Below are positions 1 through 7,905 of a stretch of 64,000 bases of DNA, in pieces. The number at the start of each line of letters is the position of its first letter. Positions within the stretch are counted from its first letter, which is position 1. The position numbers and the translations under genes are program-made. A model generated the notes under the pieces. That model did no database searches. It saw only the letters and a program-made list of their open reading frames with translations, and was not told where the DNA came from. This DNA is from a virus, in the IMG/VR virus record IMGVR_UViG_3300013113_000555, positions 6,851-70,850 of that record; one strand, 5' to 3'.

Positions 1-1
1 T

Positions 2-184
2 AGAGAAGTGGATGTTGATTTAGCAGAACTTTGGGCAACTAAAAATTGCAAAGATTGTTATGGCAGGGGTTATCAGCACTATCAAAATGGTTTTAATGGA
101 ACTTATCGTAAAGATAGACCGAGTGCAGACTATTATGCGTATTGCTCTTGCGTTGTAAAAAAAAGAAAGAAGTTTGGTAAATGA
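2..184 (+). CDS. 3' end of a hypothetical protein with a CxxCxGxG...CxC (DnaJ-type zinc finger-like) motif, truncated by window start
   Basis: Frame 2 is open from base 2 (REVDVDLAELWATKNCKDCYGRGY...YCSCVVKKRKKFGK*). TGA at 182-184 overlaps the ATG of the next gene (ATGA). Not in the ORF track. Confidence 0.75.
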   Translation, partial: REVDVDLAELWATKNCKDCYGRGYQHYQNGFNGTYRKDRPSADYYAYCSCVVKKRKKFGK

Positions 185-711
185 AAAAAAAGCATATATG
201 GGACTTGAGATTTTTAACCCTATCCAAAACAGTATCTACTTGGAGCAAAGACCCTAGTACAAAAGTAGGGGCGGTCATAGTAGATAAAAACCGAAGGGTT
301 GTTTCTCTTGGCTATAATGGTTTTCCTAAAGGTGTTAAGGATACAATAGAAAAACTAGAAGATAGAGAGCAAAAATATAAACATATGGTACATGCAGAGA
401 GAAATGCCATGCTGTTTGCTAATAAATCTTTAAAAGGTTGTACCATCTATACATATCCTTTTATGCCATGCAGTGAGTGTGCGGCTATGATTATTCAAAG
501 TGGAATAAAAAAAGTAGTTTCTTTTGATGAGGAAGACACACCTAGCGTGGGACGTTGGAGAAAAAGTTTTGAAATATCAAAAAAAATGTTTAAAGAGGCT
601 GGTGTAAAAATTAAATTTTGCGGTATGACAAATGTTATTTCGGATACACCACTCTATTGTCCACCAATAGATTTGTACTATTGCGGTCGCGATATTGCAA
701 AACCTCAATAA
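181..711 (+). CDS. dCMP deaminase (cytidine/deoxycytidylate deaminase family)
   Basis: SKDPSTKVGAVIV, GYNGFPKG, HAERNA (HxE) and PCSEC (PCxxC) zinc-site motifs. Confidence 0.93.
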   Translation: MKKKHIWDLRFLTLSKTVSTWSKDPSTKVGAVIVDKNRRVVSLGYNGFPKGVKDTIEKLEDREQKYKHMVHAERNAMLFANKSLKGCTIYTYPFMPCSECAAMIIQSGIKKVVSFDEEDTPSVGRWRKSFEISKKMFKEAGVKIKFCGMTNVISDTPLYCPPIDLYYCGRDIAKPQ

Positions 712-723
712 AATATTATTTTA

Positions 724-746
724 AAAGTTGCAGGTAACTTTTTTGT
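724..746 (+). terminator. Weak intrinsic terminator candidate after dCMP deaminase
   Basis: AAAAGTTG-CAGG-TAACTTTT hairpin followed by TTG TT; AT-rich and weak. Confidence 0.35.
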
Positions 747-756
747 TAGTTTGAGG

Positions 757-770
757 GGTGTATAATAATA
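757..770 (+). promoter_or_regulatory. Promoter candidate GGTGTATAATAATA (-10 TATAAT at 761-766)
   Basis: Perfect TATAAT just before a structured non-coding region; no TTGACA at 17 bp spacing. A related GGTGTATTTAT lies upstream of the tail tube gene. Confidence 0.55.
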
Positions 771-771
771 G

Positions 772-1001
772 TGGCTGGAGATAAAGAGCGAATTTTTATT
801 CACCGTTAAAGCGGCACACTCCGGTCAATAATTACAAGTAGACTGATAGATAAAATTTAATTAAAGTTTGTTTATAACAAAAAGATTTATTACTCGTAAA
901 TCTACCAGTCTCTATAACAAAACGTGTCGCTTAACCGTACAATACCCCCCAGTATTTGTATTAACAAAGTAGAGGTTAGTATAAATACTTGGGGTTTTTT
1001 T
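772..1001 (+). ncRNA. Candidate structured RNA / 5' leader of nrdJ (three-way junction, long-range pairing, long hairpins, terminator)
   Basis: Hand-derived pairings: 772-780/819-827; hairpins 781-799 and 803-814; 840-851/900-911 (11 of 12 bp); 805-817/924-935 (12 bp, one bulge); 947-965/975-994. G-U pairs form on the + strand only. Confidence 0.6.
947..1001 (+). terminator. Intrinsic terminator-like hairpin in front of the nrdJ ribosome-binding site
   Basis: 19-bp stem (2 G-U, 1 bulge), 9-nt loop, followed by T7 (995-1001); AGGAG RBS at 1018-1022. Confidence 0.7.
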
Positions 1002-1033
1002 ATTAATGCAGGACAACAGGAGATTAATATAAA

Positions 1034-3550
1034 ATGTCTAGGTTTACTAATTCGTTTTCAGAAGAAACGTGGTATCAAAAATATAAGTTTAGTGGTGATG
1101 AGAGCGTAGAATGTACTTGGAAAAGAACAGCAGTCGATTTAGCTTCTGTAGAAAAAGACATAGTTGTTAGAAAAAGATGCGAAGAAGATTTTTATGATAT
1201 TTTAGAGGATTTTAAGTTTGTTCCTGGTGGAAGAATTACAAGTAATGCTGGCACAGGATTAAAGGGAACTACTTATATTAATTGTTTTGTAGATGGTTTT
1301 GAAGGTGCAGACCTAGACTCCATAGAGGGCATCTATGCGACTCTAACCAAGCAAGCACAGATACTCAAGAGTGAAGGCGGCTATGGCTTCTGTGCCAACG
1401 TAATGCGTCCTTGTGGTTCTCATATTGGTGGTATTGCTAATCAATCTCCGGGAGCAGTAAAGTTTTTGGAACTATGGGATAAGTCGTCAGAAATTATTAC
1501 AGCAGGTTCAAGTAAAAAATCAAGAAAAGATCAAAAGAATTTTATTAGAAAGGGTGCTCAAATGGTAACTATGAGTTGCTGGCATCCTGATATTATTGAA
1601 TATATTGAAGCAAAAAAAACTCCCGGCCGTCTTTCTAAATTTAATATGTCTATTTTGTGTACAGATGAATTTATGGAAGCTGTTAATAAAGACAGGTCTT
1701 GGAATTTACGTTTTCCAAATTACGAAGAATATCCAAAACTCTATAAAAAAGAGTGGGATGGAGATATTGATAAATGGGTAGAAGTAGCAGAAGCTAGTAA
1801 CGAAAGTGATAGCGAAGCTTGTGTAACGCATCATACTTTTGATTCTGCAAAAGAACTTTGGAATCTAATTATGGACAATACATACAACAGAAATGAACCC
1901 GGTGTTCTTTTTGTTGACAATATGAATAGAATGAATAATCTTCATTATTGTGAACATATTAATGCTACAAACCCCTGTGGAGAACAAGTGTTACCTATTG
2001 GTGGGGTGTGCTTGCTAGGTTCTATTAATCTAGTTCATTTTATTGATCCAGAAAAGAAAGATTGGAAATACGATGAACTAGAATCTGTTATCAATAAAGC
2101 AGTCAGATTTATGGATAATGTTAACGATAAGACAAATGTTCCATTAAAATCCCAAAAGAAAAACCTAATGGATAAAAGAAGAATAGGTTTAGGAGTTATG
2201 GGTTATGGTTCTGCCCTTATTATGGCTAGAGTTAAATATGGTAGTAAAAAGGCTCTAGAAATGACAGAGCATCTTATGAATTTTATTACCAATGAGGCTT
2301 ACAAAGCGTCTGCTTTATTGGCAAAAGAAAAAGGTGCTTTTCCTCTTTATGATGAAGAAAAATATTTAAGTGGAGAGTTTGTTAAAAATCTTAATGTTGA
2401 TACTATTGGATTGATTAAAAAGTACGGAATGAGAAACTCTCATGTCACATCTATTCAACCGACTGGAAATAGCTCCTGCTATGCAAACCTTGTTAGCGGC
2501 GGTCTGGAACCCTTATTTATGCATGGGTACTTTAGAACATCTATTCAGCCAACACATCCTGATGGTCTTGGAGTGCCTAAGAATGTCGATTGGGAAAACA
2601 AGAAGTTCGATTTGCCTGCTGATGCCTCCGCCATAGAGTGGGAGTGGGTAAAAGAGGGGGATGAGAACCTTTTGGCAACTAAATTTGAAGGAAAAGTATG
2701 GAAATTTGACCGCACAAGAGGGCTTTTAAAGGAAGAATGGATAGAGGATTATGGTGTATCTTATTTAAGGGGAATTGATAAATGGAACGCAGAAGCAGCT
2801 TGGGCTTCTTGCACTATGGACTTAGATGTTGACGCTCATGTAAACACTATGTCTATATTTGCCAAATGGGTTGACTCTGCTATTTCTAAAACTATTAATC
2901 TACCAAATGAATATCCTTATGAAGATTTCCAAGATGTTTATTTTAAGGCTTGGAAAAAAGGAATCAAAGGATTTACTACTTATCGAGCAGGAACAATGAC
3001 AGCGGTTCTTTCTGCTAGTTCTTCTATAGAAAATAAAGAAGAATCTGGGCTTCCAGAAGAAAGACCAAAAGAGTTAGATTGTGATGTTTATCACATTAAG
3101 GTAAAGGGTGAAGAATATTTTGTTCTTGTAGGTCTTTATAAAGGGGAAGTATACGAAGTTTTTGCTGGTAAGAACGGCTTTATTGATAAAAAGATTAAAA
3201 AAGGCACTATTATTAAGCTGGGGCGTCCAAAAGGTGTTTACAAAGCTATTTTGGAAGACGGTCTTGAACTATCTCCTATCAATCAAACCTGTAGTGAAGA
3301 AGAAGATGCTCTAACTAGAATGACCTCTACAGCATTAAGAAGTGGTGCTGATATACAAATGATTGTTCAACAGTTAGAAAAAGTTAAAGGCGATATGAAT
3401 TCTTTTGCCAAAAGCATGTCTAGAGCATTGAAAAAATATATTCCAGACGGTGCAAAAGAAGAAGGGTGTTGTCCAGAATGTGGTGGTAAAACTCTAATCA
3501 GGCAAGAAGGTTGTGTTCAGTGTACTTCTTGCGGTTGGTCAAAATGTTAA
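1034..3550 (+). CDS. nrdJ: Ribonucleotide reductase, class II (adenosylcobalamin-dependent), with C-terminal TSCPD-like domain and Zn ribbon
   Basis: PGGRI...NCFV, TNPCGEQ (catalytic NxCxE), CLLGSINL, RRIGLGVMG, IQPTGN, DSAISKTINLP and KGxTTYR motifs; C-terminal CPECG...EGCVQCTSCGWSKC. No nrdB-like gene adjacent. Confidence 0.9.
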   Translation: MSRFTNSFSEETWYQKYKFSGDESVECTWKRTAVDLASVEKDIVVRKRCEEDFYDILEDFKFVPGGRITSNAGTGLKGTTYINCFVDGFEGADLDSIEGIYATLTKQAQILKSEGGYGFCANVMRPCGSHIGGIANQSPGAVKFLELWDKSSEIITAGSSKKSRKDQKNFIRKGAQMVTMSCWHPDIIEYIEAKKTPGRLSKFNMSILCTDEFMEAVNKDRSWNLRFPNYEEYPKLYKKEWDGDIDKWVEVAEASNESDSEACVTHHTFDSAKELWNLIMDNTYNRNEPGVLFVDNMNRMNNLHYCEHINATNPCGEQVLPIGGVCLLGSINLVHFIDPEKKDWKYDELESVINKAVRFMDNVNDKTNVPLKSQKKNLMDKRRIGLGVMGYGSALIMARVKYGSKKALEMTEHLMNFITNEAYKASALLAKEKGAFPLYDEEKYLSGEFVKNLNVDTIGLIKKYGMRNSHVTSIQPTGNSSCYANLVSGGLEPLFMHGYFRTSIQPTHPDGLGVPKNVDWENKKFDLPADASAIEWEWVKEGDENLLATKFEGKVWKFDRTRGLLKEEWIEDYGVSYLRGIDKWNAEAAWASCTMDLDVDAHVNTMSIFAKWVDSAISKTINLPNEYPYEDFQDVYFKAWKKGIKGFTTYRAGTMTAVLSASSSIENKEESGLPEERPKELDCDVYHIKVKGEEYFVLVGLYKGEVYEVFAGKNGFIDKKIKKGTIIKLGRPKGVYKAILEDGLELSPINQTCSEEEDALTRMTSTALRSGADIQMIVQQLEKVKGDMNSFAKSMSRALKKYIPDGAKEEGCCPECGGKTLIRQEGCVQCTSCGWSKC

Positions 3551-3562
3551 AGAGGTATTAAA

Positions 3563-4486
3563 ATGGACTATAATAATCCAGAAGATTTATTAGAAGCTTA
3601 TGAAAACGGGCTTCTAGGTGCTGAGTGTGATCCAGAAGATGTTAGAAAGCTTCTTGGTGAGTTGCCTATGCCTATGTTTGGTGCAGCAGCATATGAGCTA
3701 GAAGAAAGTGGAAAGGGTAAGTTAAGCCTTCCTTTTAAGTCTTTGTTAAAATTTGATCCTAATTTTGGACCTAGTGAAAGACAAACTACTGGCGATTGTG
3801 TTTCACACGCTATTAGAAATGCTATAGATATTACTAGAGCAGTAGAGATTGATATAAAGGGTGAGACAGAAGCTTTTATTACTAGAAGTGCCACTGAAAA
3901 TGTTTATCAGTCAAGAAGTCATATGGGACAAGGAATGACCTGTAGTGGAGGCTCTAGATACGTTAATTCACAAGGTGGTGTTTTACTAAGAAAGAAATAT
4001 CCTGATTGTGATCTTTCAAAATATAATTCTTCTCTTGGTGCTAAAAAAAGAATTCCAAAATCTATTTATATTAATGAAGCATCAAAACATCCTGTAGAAA
4101 CCATATCTCTTATATCTTCTATCGAGGAAGCAAGAGATGCTATTGCTAATGGTTATGGACTAGCAGGTTGTAGCGGTATCGGCTTTAGTAGCACAAGAGA
4201 CAAGTATGGTATAGCCAAAAGAGGCAAAGGCTGGAATCACGCTATGGCTTGGATTGCTTGTGATGATACCGGAGAAGTTTATGATGAAATGCTATTCTTG
4301 ATACAGAACAGTTGGGGTCCGTGGAATAGAGGGCCAAAACGTCATGGACAACCAGATGGAAGTTTTTGGGTAAGAGAAAAAGATGCAAAATCTATTTTAG
4401 CTGCAAGAGGAACATTTGCTTACAGTTCTGTAAAGGGTTTTCCCGCCAAACAATTACCAGATTACGGACTAGGGGGATGGTCATGA
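3563..4486 (+). CDS. Papain-like (C1 family) cysteine peptidase
   Basis: Q-x4-D-C (RQTTGDCVSHA), NHAM and QNSWG motifs give the oxyanion Gln and the Cys/His/Asn triad. Confidence 0.82.
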   Translation: MDYNNPEDLLEAYENGLLGAECDPEDVRKLLGELPMPMFGAAAYELEESGKGKLSLPFKSLLKFDPNFGPSERQTTGDCVSHAIRNAIDITRAVEIDIKGETEAFITRSATENVYQSRSHMGQGMTCSGGSRYVNSQGGVLLRKKYPDCDLSKYNSSLGAKKRIPKSIYINEASKHPVETISLISSIEEARDAIANGYGLAGCSGIGFSSTRDKYGIAKRGKGWNHAMAWIACDDTGEVYDEMLFLIQNSWGPWNRGPKRHGQPDGSFWVREKDAKSILAARGTFAYSSVKGFPAKQLPDYGLGGWS

Positions 4487-5250
4487 GTGATAATTTAAGA
4501 TTGATTTTAGGACTTGGTTTAATTGGATTTGCTATTTATTGGTCAAGTCGTGGAGAAAATATCGTGCCAAGTAAGTTAGAAAGACCTAGTGATGAGATAG
4601 TAGAACTCGTATCTGGACTTCCCACTGTAGAAGGTGGGGATTCTGCTGAATATGCAGGCATGTTCTATGCTATGTGGCAAGAGTATGATAAGGTTGATAT
4701 TAAAAACAATTTAGAACTCCAATACTACCTTAAATATTTAGGTGATGAAGTTCTTGAGGGTGAAAATAGTGGCAAGTATCCTGAATGGTCGCCTGCCGCT
4801 GCTGCTATTATGGCAGAAGTTGTTGGTAAACAGGATGAGAAAGAACCAATAACAGAGGAAGAAAACCAAAAATTAAAGGATTTATTCTATGGTTTTGCTT
4901 GGAAAATGTATAATCCAGAGTATGATTCAGTGTTTGAAGAATACAAGGATAAGACTGTTGACGCTATTGAAAAATATGTTGATAAGGATGATAATCCAAA
5001 ACCAACCCCCGATAGCGACAAATGTATTTGCGAAGGTAAAGGGTATGTTATTCATGGCGATGGTCATAAAACAAAATGTCCGTGTGTAGAGTCTGGTGAA
5101 AGCTGCAAGCATAATCCTAAGTGCGGCTATTCAGAACCTACCCCTGTCGTTTCTGTACAAGATTGTCCAAATGGAAGATGCCCGACTTCAAGATCGGTAA
5201 ATAGCAGTAGAAGAGGAGGGTTTTTTTATAGGTTATTTGGAGGTAGGTAA
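4483..5250 (+). CDS. Membrane-anchored hypothetical protein with C-terminal CxCxGxG...CPC Cys-rich region
   Basis: Start moved to ATG 4483 (ATGA overlap with the peptidase stop). N-terminal hydrophobic helix LRLILGLGLIGFAIYW; CICEGKG...KCPC motif. Confidence 0.75.
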   Translation: MSDNLRLILGLGLIGFAIYWSSRGENIVPSKLERPSDEIVELVSGLPTVEGGDSAEYAGMFYAMWQEYDKVDIKNNLELQYYLKYLGDEVLEGENSGKYPEWSPAAAAIMAEVVGKQDEKEPITEEENQKLKDLFYGFAWKMYNPEYDSVFEEYKDKTVDAIEKYVDKDDNPKPTPDSDKCICEGKGYVIHGDGHKTKCPCVESGESCKHNPKCGYSEPTPVVSVQDCPNGRCPTSRSVNSSRRGGFFYRLFGGR

Positions 5251-5594
5251 TGAATATTCAAGAACTAGCATACATATCTCATTGTAAATCTAAAAAAATT
5301 GCTAAAAGTCAAGGATATGGTTTTGATATAGTTACAATAATTACTATTGTTAATATAATAGTTCAAATTATTAAAATTGTAATGAAGCTATATGGTTCTA
5401 AAAAAAGAGCCGCAAAAGGACTTGCATCATTGGGAGCGATTAAAAAATTTGTAATTTGGAAAGTCGTTCAAAAAAATTGTAAAGATAAAGACCAAGCCGG
5501 ATTAATTTATGAAGGCATAATGGATTCTTTATCTAGTTTAAGCAACGAAGAATTAGTTGAGTTGCTTAGTGATGATTCTTATAAGAAAGGGTAA
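5250..5594 (+). CDS. Hypothetical membrane protein (one hydrophobic helix)
   Basis: TAATG coupling with the previous gene; FDIVTIITIVNIIVQIIKIVM segment. Confidence 0.7.
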   Translation: MNIQELAYISHCKSKKIAKSQGYGFDIVTIITIVNIIVQIIKIVMKLYGSKKRAAKGLASLGAIKKFVIWKVVQKNCKDKDQAGLIYEGIMDSLSSLSNEELVELLSDDSYKKG

Positions 5595-5598
5595 TTAA

Positions 5599-5775
5599 AT
5601 GAATAAGATTAAATCTTTGTTGACCTCAAGACGTTTTTGGGTTTCAGCAGTCGGCTTGGTGGCAGTTGCATCGTCAGAATTATTTGGCTATGAGTTGAAT
5701 GTCGAACAAGTCGTTGGCGTTGTTAGTATTGTAGTAGCTTGGGTTGTGGGCGACACTCTTAGAGAGACTAAATAA
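5599..5775 (+). CDS. Small two-helix membrane protein, holin-like (58 aa, below ORF-track cut-off)
   Basis: Translates MNKIKSLLTSRRFWVSAVGLVAVASSELFGYELNVEQVVGVVSIVVAWVVGDTLRETK*: basic N-terminus, two hydrophobic helices, charged tail. Fills the gap between its neighbours. Confidence 0.6.
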   Translation: MNKIKSLLTSRRFWVSAVGLVAVASSELFGYELNVEQVVGVVSIVVAWVVGDTLRETK

Positions 5776-5776
5776 A

Positions 5777-6112
5777 ATGGAAAGCTTATTAGATTTTATA
5801 AAAGGCATGGATGGAGTAACTTTAGCACTTATTGGTTTAGGTGTTATTTTAGTGTTTCCTGTAATTTCTTCTAAAGCAAAAGATATTGCAGCTTCAATAA
5901 AAAGTTTTATAAAAAAGACTTGGGAAGCAAAACCTATTATCAAGCCTGTAGTGCCAAACCCTGTAGACGAACCTCCTAGTATGACAGAGCTAGTCACCAT
6001 GTGGGAAGCATTGCATGATGGGTGTGCCGAAAATGACTTGGCAGAAGCTTGTGCGAAATTAGATGAAGTTTGGCCCTTGTTGCTGCCTTCTAATAATATG
6101 GTAGTTAAGTGA
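5777..6112 (+). CDS. Hypothetical protein with N-terminal transmembrane helix
   Basis: Start moved to ATG 5777, 1 nt after the holin-like stop; GVTLALIGLGVILVFPVISS helix. Confidence 0.7.
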   Translation: MESLLDFIKGMDGVTLALIGLGVILVFPVISSKAKDIAASIKSFIKKTWEAKPIIKPVVPNPVDEPPSMTELVTMWEALHDGCAENDLAEACAKLDEVWPLLLPSNNMVVK

Positions 6113-6288
6113 GTTTATCTGAACTACTACTAAACAAGTTATTGAAAGAGGCTGGGATTTCTAAAGAAACCTTTGACAAGCTTGTTGAGCTAAGTGAAAT
6201 TTTTTCCGATGCTGTAGAAATAAAATCAGGCGAAAAGGGTTATTCCCTGATTTTTAAGAAGGATGTAACTGTTTATATCGAAAAATAA
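6109..6288 (+). CDS. Hypothetical protein (59 aa, GTG start; not in ORF track)
   Basis: GTGA overlap with the previous stop; MSLSELLLNKLLKEAGISKETFDKLVELSEIFSDAVEIKSGEKGYSLIFKKDVTVYIEK*; ends just before a terminator. Confidence 0.6.
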   Translation: MSLSELLLNKLLKEAGISKETFDKLVELSEIFSDAVEIKSGEKGYSLIFKKDVTVYIEK

Positions 6289-6291
6289 GAT

Positions 6292-6326
6292 AAAACCTCC
6301 ATCATTTTTTTGTTGGGGGTTTTTTT
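6292..6326 (+). terminator. Intrinsic terminator ending the nrdJ-peptidase-membrane protein operon
   Basis: AAAACCTCCA...TGGGGGTTTT stem with a G-U pair, followed by a T run. Confidence 0.65.
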
Positions 6327-6341
6327 ATACACTTACCGAAG

Positions 6342-6347
6342 TATAAT
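6342..6347 (+). promoter_or_regulatory. -10 hexamer TATAAT 6 nt before the HNH start codon (probable leaderless mRNA)
   Basis: TATAAT at 6342-6347, ATG at 6354, no Shine-Dalgarno between; lies immediately after a terminator. Confidence 0.5.
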
Positions 6348-6353
6348 TGTAAT

Positions 6354-6896
6354 ATGAAAAAGCATAAATCCTGCCTGATTTTAAATCAAGACTATACCCC
6401 TTTGACGGTTATAAATTGGAAAAGGGCTATATGTTTAGAAATAATTGGTAAAGAAATAATCGGAGAAGGAATTAGGGTTATAGAATACTACAAAGACGAC
6501 CATATTGAATCTGCTGGTGGAAAATCTTTTGCTTTGCCTGCTGTTGCTGTAACGGGAAGATATATTAAAAGAAAAAGAATCATCACCTTAAAAAAAAGAA
6601 ACTTATTAATAAGGGATGAAAGAAAGTGTCAGTACTGCATGTGCAACCTTAGACCAGAAACGGCTACAATAGATCATATAGAACCCAAAAGTAGATTTGA
6701 TACTGTCAGAAAAGCACACACTTGGGAGAACTGTGTAATAGCTTGTTCTAGATGTAATACAAAAAAAGCAAACAGAAACCCAAAAGAAGCCGGTATGAAA
6801 CTTATTAAAAAACCTGTAGAGCCTGATCCAAGTTCTTTTTATGCTGGTTTATCACAATGGCATGGTATACCCGAAGAATGGAAAATATATGTATGA
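6354..6896 (+). CDS. HNH endonuclease (McrA-like)
   Basis: CLILNQDYTPL N-terminus; RD..KCQYC; TIDHIEP; WENCVIACSRCNTKK. Confidence 0.88.
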   Translation: MKKHKSCLILNQDYTPLTVINWKRAICLEIIGKEIIGEGIRVIEYYKDDHIESAGGKSFALPAVAVTGRYIKRKRIITLKKRNLLIRDERKCQYCMCNLRPETATIDHIEPKSRFDTVRKAHTWENCVIACSRCNTKKANRNPKEAGMKLIKKPVEPDPSSFYAGLSQWHGIPEEWKIYV

Positions 6897-7116
6897 ATAT
6901 AAAAAGTGCGATAACTGTCATAGGATGCTAAGTAACGGAGACAAGGTAACAGCTATTGTTCCAGAAGTTGAAGTTGAGGGCAGGTATCGTAAAGGAAGCA
7001 AGTCTTTTAGATTAAAGCTTTCCGAAGAAGGTCTTAACATTAGAGCAGTTAAGGTCTATTGTAAAAAATGTTTAGATGTTAAACGGCATTTCTTAGATGA
7101 AGAAAAGGAGAAATAA
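6889..7116 (+). CDS. Hypothetical Zn-ribbon protein
   Basis: Start moved to ATG 6889 (overlaps the HNH end); CDNC...YCKKC. Confidence 0.7.
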   Translation: MYEYKKCDNCHRMLSNGDKVTAIVPEVEVEGRYRKGSKSFRLKLSEEGLNIRAVKVYCKKCLDVKRHFLDEEKEK

Positions 7117-7511
7117 TGCCAGAATATAGTTTATATTGTGAGGGTTGCAATTTTGGTTTTACTAGAACTTGGAAATTTAATGAATACGATAAAAAGTTAA
7201 AAAACATTAAATGTCCGAACTGTAACACTAAAAAAAAGGTGTACAGAGACTTTAACGCAGATAATGTTACCCCTAATTATATCAAGGGTTTACATGAAGC
7301 AAAGACTGTTGGTGAGTATGCAGACAAGCAAACAAAGCTTTATGGCAAATATCAAGTAGAAGATATGTCTGAAAGTTTTGTTACAAAACCAGAAAATACA
7401 TTAGAAGAAAAACTACCAGACGGAATGAGTCTATCTAAAAAAGATGGTAGTCTGCCAAGCCTAAGCAAATCAGAAATACAAAAAAAGAGAAAGGGTAAAA
7501 AAAATGAGTGA
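7116..7511 (+). CDS. FmdB-like zinc-ribbon protein
   Basis: MPEYSLYCEGC...CPNC pattern typical of FmdB-family Zn ribbons. Confidence 0.7.
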   Translation: MPEYSLYCEGCNFGFTRTWKFNEYDKKLKNIKCPNCNTKKKVYRDFNADNVTPNYIKGLHEAKTVGEYADKQTKLYGKYQVEDMSESFVTKPENTLEEKLPDGMSLSKKDGSLPSLSKSEIQKKRKGKKNE

Positions 7512-7905
7512 ATTTGTAATAAACAGAAAGAAAAAAGAAAATAAAGATATAAAAATTAAGGTTTACACTTGGTCTGGTAGGGAAGACTATCTTGACGATG
7601 ACAATATGCCTTTGATGGATTTTGATATAGAAAAAGATGATCCATTTCAATTTATTGATGCTTATGCTATCTTGATGACAAAGGGAGAAAAGACTTCATA
7701 CTATGTAAAACGAGGCAAGTATGGAAAGCTTTATAATCCTATTGGTATGTATTCAGAAGGTAGTAGCCATAAACAACTTAGACATGCTGGCAAACCAGCT
7801 TGGTCTATGCAAATAACTAACGAAAAAGTATTCAGGTACTATACAAATTTTTTAAAAACCAAAAACGCCGCATGGCTTAACAATGCAGAAAGGGAATCGT
7901 CATGA
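7504..7905 (+). CDS. Hypothetical protein
   Basis: Tightly tiled ORF overlapping both neighbours. Confidence 0.7.
   Translation: MSEFVINRKKKENKDIKIKVYTWSGREDYLDDDNMPLMDFDIEKDDPFQFIDAYAILMTKGEKTSYYVKRGKYGKLYNPIGMYSEGSSHKQLRHAGKPAWSMQITNEKVFRYYTNFLKTKNAAWLNNAERESS

Noticed and set aside
805-935. RNase P RNA-like core (AAAG...pairing with ACAAAAC...GCTTA, P2/P3/P4/P19-like topology)
   Set aside because: The resemblance to CR-V is noticeable, but GAGGAAAGUCC, the bulged U of P4 and everything from P5 to P18 are missing. It is too incomplete to call.
772-1001. Cobalamin or purine riboswitch upstream of nrdJ
   Set aside because: No B12-box or GGGAA...GGTG.AA.TCC core. The CACCGTTAAA segment recalls the purine-riboswitch L3 loop, but the P3 flanks, the L2 loop and the junction nucleotides do not fit.
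4366-4482. Upstream in-frame extensions given by the ORF track (4366, 5744, 6841, 12503, 30999, 57454)
   Set aside because: Downstream ATGs give stop-start overlaps or clear Shine-Dalgarno sites, and the extensions overlap neighbouring genes.
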